A stretch of DNA of 34,668 nucleotides, from positions 1 through 34,668 of the forward strand of contig JABMOA010000039.1 of NCBI GenBank assembly GCA_013204355.1, in the 5' to 3' direction. The translations under genes and the position numbers were made by a program. This stretch comes from Candidatus Woesearchaeota archaeon. GTDB taxonomy: Archaea > Nanobdellota > Nanobdellia > Woesearchaeales > GW2011-AR9. Position 1 is the first letter of the stretch, and every line of letters starts with the position of its first letter. Of this stretch, positions 1 through 8,600 are shown piece after piece. The notes beneath the pieces are model-generated. The model made no database searches and had not been told where the DNA came from. It was given only the letters and a program-made list of their open reading frames with translations.

Positions 1-452
1 GTTGCGTTTGTACCTTTTAACTTGTGAACGAGACCTGGAAACTGTTCAGGTTCGTATTCTGTGTTAGGTAATTTTACTCCTAAGACATTTAAGTTAAGAT
101 CCATACCAATACTTCCTGATGCAACGATGTTTTGAACGGTGATTTCAGGTGTAATTGTCACAATAATATTCATTTTTTTCAAACTTTTAATGATTTGAAG
201 GATACTTTTGTCAACTGCATCTAAGGTTCGTGCACCTGTACATACTACTTTTCCACTTGAGAAGATTAATGCAGATGTTTTAGGGTCTTTGATTCGTAAT
301 ACTAATCCAGGAAATTGTTCAGGGTTGTATTCTGTGTTAGGCAGAGTTGCTGCCATTTTTTCTAAAGGAATGTCTTTTTCAAGAGCTGTTGAGACTACAA
401 TGTTAACAATTTCAATACTTTTTTTTCCTTTTTTAATTTCTTTCTTTGCCAT
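1..452 (-). CDS. tbp: TATA-box binding protein (3' end outside window)
   Basis: Manual translation from ATG at 452: MAKKEIKKGKKSIEIVNIVVST...EYNPEQFPGLVLRIKDPKTSALIFSSGKVVCTGAR, then second repeat QNIVASG...EYEPEQFPGLVHKL. GGGGG SD-like site upstream. Not in the ORF track because it runs off the edge. Confidence 0.97.
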   Translation of the reverse strand, partial: MAKKEIKKGKKSIEIVNIVVSTALEKDIPLEKMAATLPNTEYNPEQFPGLVLRIKDPKTSALIFSSGKVVCTGARTLDAVDKSILQIIKSLKKMNIIVTITPEITVQNIVASGSIGMDLNLNVLGVKLPNTEYEPEQFPGLVHKLKGTNA

Positions 453-495
453 AATAATAACCCCCTGTTATCAATCCTTTATAAATAGACCAAGA

Positions 496-504
496 CTATA
501 TAAA
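496..504 (-). promoter_or_regulatory. Probable TATA box of tbp
   Basis: Minus strand AATC-TTTATATAG about 45 bp upstream of the tbp ATG; same AATCTTTATA context as the box near 3700. Confidence 0.5.
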
Positions 505-609
505 GATTACCTTTATAAATGAAGTATTTTGGCCTTTATATATTAGGTATATACTTCTCCTCTTATTTAGGCAGAAGCTTTTTAAAGAACATATTCTCTA
601 GTTATTATA

Positions 610-1431
610 ATGGATTATTCACATATTTTATTACGGTACGGTGAGATTTTTTTGAAAGGAAAGAATAAAAATTTCTTTGAAAAGAAGCTTGCGCAGAACA
701 TCAAGAAGCTTGTTGGCGTTTCATCTGTAACAAGACTTCGTTCTAGGTTTGTATGCGAATATATTAAGAATCATCAAGATTTGAAGTGTGTTTTTGGATT
801 GACTTCCTATTCTTTAGCGGTAAGGGTTGAAAAGGACCCTGATATGATTAAGCAGAAAGTAATAGACTTTGTTAAAGATCTGAAAGGAACGTTCAAAATC
901 GCAACAAAACGGTCCGATAAACAGTTTCCTATTGGTTCTATGGATTTTAATATAGAAGTTGGTGGATATGTTGAAGAAAATACTAATTTGGCATTTAGTT
1001 TTGATAATCCTGATTATCTACTTAATATTGAAATCAATCAAGATGCGGCATATATTTTTACTGAAAGTGTTTCATGTTTTGGAGGCTTACCAACAGGCGT
1101 TGAAGGAAATGTATTATTGTTGGTTGAGAATGAAGCTTCCTTGTTAGCTGGTGTATTGTTTATGAAACGTGGTACCAACATATTTCCAATTGCATCTGAA
1201 GAAAAAGATATTTCCTTGTTGCAACAGTATAGTCCAATGGCGTTGAATTTGGTTGTGGTTAAGGATGTTGATACATTTGCAGCTGAAAAGGAGATGGATA
1301 TTTTAGTAAGTGGTCAGAATTTTGAAAGGTTGAAAAAATATGATACTAAAATGTTAGTATTGAGACCATTGATTGGGTTTAGTGAAGAAGAGATTATTGA
1401 GATGTTGGATATGTATTCTAATTCCCAATAA
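610..1431 (+). CDS. thiI: ThiI-like THUMP-domain protein with degenerate PP-loop domain
   Basis: N-terminal ILLRYGEIFLKGKN, THUMP-type TFKIATKRSDKQFP, GGLPTG, MKRG and VLRPLIG motifs. Only 273 aa, and SGGxDS is absent. Confidence 0.85.
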   Translation: MDYSHILLRYGEIFLKGKNKNFFEKKLAQNIKKLVGVSSVTRLRSRFVCEYIKNHQDLKCVFGLTSYSLAVRVEKDPDMIKQKVIDFVKDLKGTFKIATKRSDKQFPIGSMDFNIEVGGYVEENTNLAFSFDNPDYLLNIEINQDAAYIFTESVSCFGGLPTGVEGNVLLLVENEASLLAGVLFMKRGTNIFPIASEEKDISLLQQYSPMALNLVVVKDVDTFAAEKEMDILVSGQNFERLKKYDTKMLVLRPLIGFSEEEIIEMLDMYSNSQ

Positions 1432-2350
1432 ATCTACTATAAATAGAAACTGCTTCTTCTTCAGAACTTGCTTTAATTAATGCACGTCCATCTTTGAATA
1501 AAAGGAATTTGTCTGTTTGAATTGTTTCTCCATCGTATGTTCCTTGGATTCGTGAGTTTACTTCATCAAAATTAATGTTGCCAGAAACTTGGTATCTTCC
1601 TGATCCACAGAATTTAACAGTTCTGATGTCTTCCTTTTGATCTAAGAATAAATACATTTCATTACATGTTGGACATTTTTCTTTTCTTTTAACAGTTAAT
1701 TTTCTGAAGTCTTGATTCCATACATCATAATGATACAATAATGGTTCAACCGTTTTTTGTAATAATATTTTTAGTGCTAAACTTGTTTGTAATGCTCCGA
1801 TGGATGTTGTTGCAACATTTAGAACACCCACAGTATCACAGGTTTCTAAACTTACATTTTCTGTGAAACATTGTAAACATGGTCCATCTGGAAAGATTGG
1901 CATGGCATAGCCATGTGTTTTGATTGCTGCGCCATAAATCCATGTGATTTTGTTTTTTCTACAATAATCATTTACTAAGAATCGCGTTTTCATGTTATCG
2001 GTGCAATCTAATAGAATGTTTGCTTCTTTGATTACAGAAATATTTTCACTGTTAAGATGAATTGCATGTGTTTTGACTTTGACATCTAAATTAATTTGTG
2101 CAATTTTTTCTTTTGCCACAACTGCTTTACTTCGTCCAACATCTGCTTCATCAAATAATGTTTGTCTTTGTAAATTGGATAATTCAATCACATCTCTATC
2201 TATTAAAATTAATTTTCCAACACCAGATCTTGCTAATAGTTCTGTAGTAACTGTCCCTAATGCGCCAACGCCAATGATTGCAATTGTTGCGTTTTTTAGT
2301 TTGTTTTGTCCTTCTTGTCCTATGATTAATTCTTGTCTGTTATATCTCAT
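1418..2350 (-). CDS. ThiF/MoeB/UbaA family E1-like adenylyltransferase
   Basis: RYNRQ, GVGALG, DRDVIELSNLQRQ, DCTDN, Zn motifs CLQC and CPTC, ETCDTVGV catalytic-Cys region, C-terminal extension FKDGRALI. Confidence 0.95.
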   Translation of the reverse strand: MRYNRQELIIGQEGQNKLKNATIAIIGVGALGTVTTELLARSGVGKLILIDRDVIELSNLQRQTLFDEADVGRSKAVVAKEKIAQINLDVKVKTHAIHLNSENISVIKEANILLDCTDNMKTRFLVNDYCRKNKITWIYGAAIKTHGYAMPIFPDGPCLQCFTENVSLETCDTVGVLNVATTSIGALQTSLALKILLQKTVEPLLYHYDVWNQDFRKLTVKRKEKCPTCNEMYLFLDQKEDIRTVKFCGSGRYQVSGNINFDEVNSRIQGTYDGETIQTDKFLLFKDGRALIKASSEEEAVSIYSRFIGN

Positions 2351-3279
2351 TGTGTAAGGACCTCTTTCATTTCACAGGCATTACAAATGATTTTATTAGA
2401 AGGTTCTTGACATGTTTCACAGGATTTGATAGTGTCATTAGTTTCTTGGTCCTGTTGTTTTAGTAATGGGAGCATTGCAAGATATGATTTGATGATACCT
2501 TGTTTGGTTCCTCTGAAATCTTTTTCAAAATCATTTAACATCACTTGAACTTTATGTCTGAATCCTAGTTGTGAATATGGGCATTCTGTGTAATCTATTT
2601 TGAATCCTTTTAGTATTGTGTATAATCTAACTTCTTTCTCACTGCACATGTATAATGGTTTCACACGTTGTACAAAACCATCTTGTTCATGGATGCCGGA
2701 AATCGGTCCTAATCTTCCTGCAAGCGTTGTGTTTGCTTTAAACAAATTCATCATAATTGCTTGCGCTTCATCATCTAAATTATGACCTGTGATTACTTTG
2801 GTTGCACCTTCCTGTCTTGCATATTTGTTGAGGATGTATCTTCTAAAGACCCCACACACATTACATGGTTTCTTTTTTGTATCTTTGTTAATCTTAGGAT
2901 ATGCTTCATCTAATGGCGCACCAAATTCTTCTTGTGATGTGACTACTTTTAATGGGATTTCATGAGTTGCACAGAATTCTTTTAAATCTACGATTGTGTG
3001 TTGTCTGTAATTTGCAATTCCTTCATCTACACATAATGCAAATAAATGATCTGAGGGGATTTGGTAATGATCAAGATATTTTTTAGTTAAGTAAAGAACT
3101 GTAAGAGAATCCTTTCCACCAGATGCTGCAATACAAATTTTATCTTTTCGGTCTATCAAATGAAACTTGTTGATTGTTTTGAATACTTTTTCTTCAAAGT
3201 AGGAAATGAAGTGTGATTTACACAAAGATCCATGTTGTAAGGTAATGACCGCTTTACTATGACATTTTTCGCACTGCAT
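2347..3279 (-). CDS. ttuA: TtuA/NcsA (Ncs6/Ctu1) family tRNA 2-thiolation protein
   Basis: N-terminal CxxC...CxxH, PP-loop SGGKDS, PCNVCGVFRR, GHNLDD, ECPY, C-terminal CxxC...CxxC. Confidence 0.93.
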   Translation of the reverse strand: MQCEKCHSKAVITLQHGSLCKSHFISYFEEKVFKTINKFHLIDRKDKICIAASGGKDSLTVLYLTKKYLDHYQIPSDHLFALCVDEGIANYRQHTIVDLKEFCATHEIPLKVVTSQEEFGAPLDEAYPKINKDTKKKPCNVCGVFRRYILNKYARQEGATKVITGHNLDDEAQAIMMNLFKANTTLAGRLGPISGIHEQDGFVQRVKPLYMCSEKEVRLYTILKGFKIDYTECPYSQLGFRHKVQVMLNDFEKDFRGTKQGIIKSYLAMLPLLKQQDQETNDTIKSCETCQEPSNKIICNACEMKEVLTQ

Positions 3280-3281
3280 CC

Positions 3282-3476
3282 TTATCCTCCGGAAACAACA
3301 CTTAAGATTTCAATCGTGTCATCGTTGCTTAGAAGTTCATCTTCTGTGAGAATTTCATTGTTTCTTGTAACTAATACTGTTTCAGAATTGATATTTAAGT
3401 GTTGTAGTAGTTGTTCTACTGATCCATTAAATTCTAATGTTGAGTTTGTTCTATTTTTTTCGTTAAATACATTCAC
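3282..3476 (-). CDS. SAMP/ThiS/MoaD-family ubiquitin-like sulfur carrier
   Basis: Small beta-grasp-type protein ending VVSGG. GTG start at 3476 preferred over TTG at 3491 because GGAGTG lies 7 nt upstream. Confidence 0.92.
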   Translation of the reverse strand: MNVFNEKNRTNSTLEFNGSVEQLLQHLNINSETVLVTRNNEILTEDELLSNDDTIEILSVVSGG

Positions 3477-3503
3477 TTTTGGACACTCCAAAAATTAATG
3501 TAA

Positions 3504-3521
3504 AAAAATCTTTGATTTTTG
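3504..3521 (-). repeat. 18-nt palindromic element CAAAAATCAAAGATTTTT, copy 1
   Basis: AAAAATC-3nt-GATTTTT inverted repeat; identical 18-mer on + strand at 22278-22295. Confidence 0.6.
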
Positions 3522-3542
3522 CTTATGTTCATTCTTATCTCC

Positions 3543-3675
3543 CCTTCGTCCTCTAACAGGGCAAAGGTTTGTAATTGGTATTAAGTTTCGTTCCATATGA
3601 GCAGGGCACGGCACTTTAGGATTTTGTAAACAAAATGTGCCTCCATTGGCGCTGCTCATCCACTTAACTTAATAC
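3543..3675 (-). ncRNA. Putative structured 5' leader RNA of the SAMP-ttuA-E1 operon (family not recognised)
   Basis: Nested complementary pairs 3578-3587/3666-3675 (10 bp), 3597-3604/3652-3659 (8 bp), 3610-3614/3637-3641 (5 bp), 3621-3626/3631-3636 (6 bp), plus a hairpin at 3543-3567. Locally GC-richer, and begins about 20 nt after a TATA box. Confidence 0.55.
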
Positions 3676-3694
3676 GAGTTATTTGTTGTTGTTT

Positions 3695-3702
3695 TTTATA
3701 AA
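3695..3702 (-). promoter_or_regulatory. TATA box for leader/SAMP operon
   Basis: TTTATAAA on the minus strand just upstream of the outer helix. Confidence 0.55.
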
Positions 3703-3726
3703 GATTAGGGTGATTTTTGTTGAATT

Positions 3727-3789
3727 CACTGGACAAGCCTTTTTAGGTTTATTTGTGTTTAATTTATGTGCCACACCCCACTGGACAAG
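3727..3789 (+). repeat. 11-bp direct repeat CACTGGACAAG x2
   Basis: Copies at 3727-3737 and 3779-3789, upstream of TATTTAAA (3801-3808) of the Bro-N gene. Confidence 0.7.
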
Positions 3790-3830
3790 TACGCGTAGAA
3801 TATTTAAAGGAGTAAATCCTTGAGAATGAT

Positions 3831-4718
3831 ATGGAAAAAGAAAATGCACTTGTTGTATTTGAAGATAAGGGAATACGAAGGCTTTGGCATAATGAAGAAT
3901 GGTATTATTCAGTTGTTGATGTTGTGGCCGTTTTAACAAAAAGTGATCGTCCACGTAAATATTGGTCTGATTTAAAGTTAAAAATGAAAGATTATGAGGG
4001 TTTTGAAGTGTCCGTTAAAATCGGACAGTTGAAATTAATAGCACCAGATGGGAAATTACGTGAAACTGATTGTGCTAATGTTGAAACCTTATTTAGAGTT
4101 ATTCAATCAATACCTTCTCCTAACGCAAATAAATTCAAATTATGGCTTGCAAGGGTTGGATATGAACGAGTTCAAGAAATTGAAAATCCTGAACTTACGC
4201 AAAGACGTATGAAAGAACTTTACAAAGCAAAAGGTTATTCTGATGATTGGATTGAAAAAAGAGTTCGTGGAATTGTAATAAGGGATGAATTAACAGATGA
4301 GTGGAAAAATAGGGGTGTAAATACCAATAAAGAATTTGCGATTCTTACAGCAGAAATCTCTAAAGCTACATTTGATATGACACCAAGTGAATATAAACAA
4401 CATAAAGGGCTAAAACGAGAAAATTTACGAGACCACATGAATGATTTAGAATTAATTTTTTCCATGTTGGGTGAAAGAGTATCTACTGAAATTACAAAGA
4501 ATGAAAATGCACAAGGTTATCACGAAGTTGAAGGCGCTGCAAAAAGAGGAGGAAGGGTTGCAGGTAATGCAAGGAAAGAAACAGAAAAAGAATTGGGATG
4601 CCCCATTACTTCACAAGATAATTTTCTCAATAGTCCGGAAAAAAATAAATTTTTAATTTCTAGTCATACCAAAAATAACATAAAAAAGAAAAGATTACTT
4701 AAAAATGAAAAGTCTTGA
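3831..4718 (+). CDS. Bro-N domain (phage antirepressor-like) DNA-binding protein
   Basis: FEDKGIRRLW..EEWYYSVVDVVAVLT..PRKYWSDLK, DGKLRETD, RVIQSIPSP..FKLWLARVG, KGYSDDWI, ENLRDHM motifs typical of this family. Confidence 0.88.
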   Translation: MEKENALVVFEDKGIRRLWHNEEWYYSVVDVVAVLTKSDRPRKYWSDLKLKMKDYEGFEVSVKIGQLKLIAPDGKLRETDCANVETLFRVIQSIPSPNANKFKLWLARVGYERVQEIENPELTQRRMKELYKAKGYSDDWIEKRVRGIVIRDELTDEWKNRGVNTNKEFAILTAEISKATFDMTPSEYKQHKGLKRENLRDHMNDLELIFSMLGERVSTEITKNENAQGYHEVEGAAKRGGRVAGNARKETEKELGCPITSQDNFLNSPEKNKFLISSHTKNNIKKKRLLKNEKS

Positions 4719-5118
4719 TCAAGAAGAATATTACTTTCTTCGTGAAAAATTGGAACTAGTGGAAGAAGGATTAAGAGGATTTTGTGATAATGTTGACTGT
4801 GATAAATATGGTTACAAAGACTTGTTAAAAATTAAATACAAACCTGTTCTTGAGCACAATTTTTCTTGTATACCTAAATTAAAAAAAGAAAAACATACTT
4901 TATTACGTTTATTTTCCAAGAAAAGTTTTCAAAAATATCGTTATAAAAAATGTAATATTTGTAAAGAAAGGCTTGATGAATTAGGAAAGGAATATTATGT
5001 CGTTGGGTTTACAAAATTACTTAAAGAAAAGAAAGTTTATCAATATGAAAGTGTTTGCGTTCATAAAAAATGCAGTCAAAAAGTCAAACCTCCCAAAGGT
5101 TGGGAAAAATTAAATTAA
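4705..5118 (+). CDS. Hypothetical Lys-rich protein with possible Zn finger
   Basis: Overlaps the Bro-N stop and abuts rnp3; CNIC...CVHKKC motif. Confidence 0.7.
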   Translation: MKSLDQEEYYFLREKLELVEEGLRGFCDNVDCDKYGYKDLLKIKYKPVLEHNFSCIPKLKKEKHTLLRLFSKKSFQKYRYKKCNICKERLDELGKEYYVVGFTKLLKEKKVYQYESVCVHKKCSQKVKPPKGWEKLN

Positions 5119-5119
5119 A

Positions 5120-5632
5120 ATGGATAACATCATCTTATTAAAAAAAACAAAAGAACTTGAAGATTTATGTAGAAGTTTAGGTTTTGAAAAAACGTTGTTC
5201 TTAGATGATGTGAAAGTAATTGAAGCTAAAACAAATAAGGATTTGTTGAAGAAATATTCCCAATTTACCATTGTCAAACCTATTACAGAAGATTTATTAC
5301 GGTTTGCTCTTGAGAAAACAAAGATTAATTTAGTGTATGGTATGGAATTTCTCCATCCAAAAGATTCTGTTCACTATGTGCGTGGCGGATTAGATCAAAT
5401 TATATGTAAAATTGCTGCTGAGAAAGGAAAGATTATTGGATTCTCGTTTTCAGATATCTTGCATGCCAAGAATCAGCCGAAACTCTTGGGTCGGATGAGA
5501 GCTAATCTTAGATTATGTAAAAAGTATAACGTTCATATATTATTTGGCAATTTTTCTACATGTAAAGAAGATATTCGTTCTAAGAAAGATCTTGTTGCAT
5601 TCTTGAGGACGTTAAGAAAGATAAAGAAATGA
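5120..5632 (+). CDS. rnp3: Ribonuclease P protein subunit Rpp30 (short form)
   Basis: RFALEK, DSVHYVRGGLDQIICKIAAEKGKIIGFSF, GRMRANLRLCKKYNV resemble archaeal Rpp30. Confidence 0.85.
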   Translation: MDNIILLKKTKELEDLCRSLGFEKTLFLDDVKVIEAKTNKDLLKKYSQFTIVKPITEDLLRFALEKTKINLVYGMEFLHPKDSVHYVRGGLDQIICKIAAEKGKIIGFSFSDILHAKNQPKLLGRMRANLRLCKKYNVHILFGNFSTCKEDIRSKKDLVAFLRTLRKIKK

Positions 5633-5660
5633 ATACATTTAACCCTATTTTACAGCAAGA

Positions 5661-5668
5661 TTTATAAG
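5661..5668 (+). promoter_or_regulatory. TATA box
   Basis: TTTATAAG preceded by purine-rich CAAGA, 30 bp before ATG 5699. Confidence 0.55.
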
Positions 5669-5698
5669 TTCATTTTATTTCTTAGATAGAAGTAGATT

Positions 5699-8600
5699 AT
5701 GAAAAAAAGAGGATTGATGTTAGTTGTACTTTTAGTTCTGTCTATATTTTATAGTGCGATGGTTCTGGGTGAGACAAATAAAACAGATGTTAAATTAGAA
5801 AAGTATACTGAATATAAAGCAATTGCTATTAAAAATAATTGTGATGATAAAGAAGAGTGTGAAAAAAAAGAAACACATGTTAATAAGTATTGTGCAGAAT
5901 CAAGTTCTGAGAGTTGTGGTTTTGGTGATGAATGTGATGATGTTGAGATCGGCTGGCCGGATAGTGGACAAAGCTGTATTATTTATTCTTATGAATTGGA
6001 TGGTGGAGGGGATGATGAATGTGTAAGTGCTACTGTACTTACTGGACTTAATGTAAATGAACAATACACTTCTCTTGGAGAAAAAAAAGATATATTAAGT
6101 ACTGATTTTGATGATTTTGTAGATGGGGGGACCAGTAGTGCAGTTCTGGCAGGTGCTGGTGCTGGTGCTGGAATAGGTTCAGTTTTTCCGGTAATAGGGA
6201 CTTTGATAGGTGCTGCAGTTGGTGCTGTAGTGGGTTTGGTTACAAGTATTGCATTAAATATATTTGGAGGTAATGCGGATGCAAAGACTGCTCTTCAATA
6301 TGCTCCTTTTAATTTTAAAGATCAAAATGGAGTTCTTTGTGGAAGTAATAAAAAATGGGTACAATGTGATGAAGGACATAAAGATGCTCTTTACTGGGTC
6401 AATTTTGAAATTCCTATTGAATTAGATGATGGGACTCAACTGAAAAAAACAATCCCTACTCTTCTTTATGAATGTAAGGATTTAGGAAATAATGAAGGAT
6501 TCACCTGGCAAATAAAAGAAGATAGAGATAATGACAAAGATGGATGGACAAAGGCTCAAGGAGATTGTAGTGATTATGGGTATCTAGACCCTTATTTAGG
6601 TTGTCCTGTCTTATCTGAAGAAGATTATCAAGGTCAAACAAAAGAATTTATTCGTGGAAAAGTTAAAGATTTATGTGGTGACCCTGAGTTCTCTTTTTGT
6701 TCAATGTGTACAAATCCTGGAGCAAATGAAATTTGTGGCGATAAAATTAATAATGATTGTAAAGCCCCTTCTGGAGTTATTGATGTTTTTAATTTCCTAG
6801 AAGGAGAAACCAACGACGATTGTAATCTTAATCAAGATGCATGTCGTCAAGATAAAAATCAAAATAATTTTGTAAATGAAAAATTATCTTATGAATCTGG
6901 GTCTAAAGGTTCAAGTACAGGGTTCTGTTGTGGAGCTGGTGGACTTGATGATGTAGGAAAATCTTGGTCTAATGACGATGGTGGTTTTGTGTGTATTAAT
7001 AATGATCCAACTCTTATTGGTGGTGTGAAACTTAGTGATCAATTATGTCCTTCTGGAGAAAATTGGTGTTTAATTTCTGCAACACAAAATCCATTTAAAG
7101 TATTTACAATTAATAAACCTGGTGAGGAAGCCTATGATATTGTGTCAAACAGCGAAGGATGGTATCAATGTAAAGATAATGTTCAAAATTTAGAAGCACC
7201 ATCTTTAAATGTGGAAAATCAAAAATTTTCAAACAGATTTCAATGTTATAAAGAAGGAGATAGATGGAGTTGGGCCGAATGTTTTGGTGAAGGTTCGCCT
7301 AAGAAAAATGATAATGTTAAAGGAAGATATACTGGTCAATCTTTATACACACTTCCTTTAATCAAAGGAAAAGAAAATGAACAAGGTCAAAATATTTTAA
7401 AAGGTGATGGTGTTACAATTGATGTTCAATCTAATTTTAAAGATTGGTATGGTGCAGATACAACATTAGATTTTGAAGGTTACGATTCTTTAGAATTTTT
7501 TGTAAAATATGAAAACCCAGACAATTTAAAATTGCCTGCTGGTCTCACCTTAGAAATATTTGGGCCACAAAATAAAAAATATTATTCTTCTGGTGTTTTA
7601 GGATTTGCGCAAAACGGATTCTTTAGTGAAAATTCTTCTATGCATATTAAAGTTCCAATTCAACCTTACAAAGGTGTCAAAACAATTTCCTTGAAAACCT
7701 TGAATCAACAAAATGCATTTGAATTACAAGGTATGTTTTTAAGTAAAGGTGAAACACAATTTTGTTCAGGGATTGATGATCGTGAACAATCCAATTGGTT
7801 AGAAAATTTAGACCAAGGAGATGCAGAAACATTTTTTGCAACAAGCGAATCATTGTGTAAATCATTATATGGAGATAATGCATGGTTAGGAAATGATGAA
7901 TCCGTAGATATTGAAACAGCTAATTGTTGTGGAAATGTTGCAAACGAATATTATGATGGTGCTTCTGCAACAGAAACAGGGTGTTGGAATTCTCAACCTT
8001 TAGGAATTGGAGATACTTCCATGGACATTAAATTCACTGTAAGTTCAGCAGAAAAACAATTTGATGTGAAGTTCCCTGAAAAATCAGTGAGTTTTACATA
8101 TACTACACATACAGGAAATTATTATTTAACAGGGGAAGGAACTGCAGGCAAGATTGATCCTGAATCATTAGGTAAAGATTCCAGTGCAATTTATTGTTTG
8201 GAGAAAGATTATGGAGGGGATTGTGTAAAATGGAAAGAAGAAACAGTTACTTCAGATCCTATTACAAAAACAATTTCTTTTAAAGGTGAATCTCAGAAAG
8301 TTGAAGAAATAACAATCAATAAAGCTGAACATAGATTGACTTACATGGGCGATTTTTATGGTGAGATTACAATTAATTCAGAGGATGAAGATGTTGTATT
8401 GTCTTTCTATGCTCCATTACAAGGGGATTCTTGGGATAAGATATTACCAGTAAATGAATTAAGAAGTTTATTTGAAAACAAAGTCTACATCATGGCTGAT
8501 TATAAAACAATTGAAGCTAACGAATTAACACCCATTCAGAAAACACAAGAATTAATTTATTCATGTACCAAAGATGAATGTCTTTTCCCGCTTCCTGGAG

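Noticed and set aside
208-522. 104-aa plus-strand ORF
   Set aside because: Antisense shadow of tbp, whose motifs on the minus strand are unambiguous.
3578-3675. Hammerhead ribozyme, RNase P RNA, SRP RNA or TPP riboswitch identity for the leader
   Set aside because: GAUGAG and GAAAC are present, but the CUGAUGA core and spacing are wrong. No RNase P GAGGAAAGUCC-like, SRP helix-8 or TPP CUGAGA motifs were seen.
3727-3789. CRISPR mini-array
   Set aside because: Only two 11-bp copies and no cas genes in the window.
3679-3954. 91-aa minus-strand ORF
   Set aside because: Overlaps the Bro-N start and both promoters; no recognisable features.
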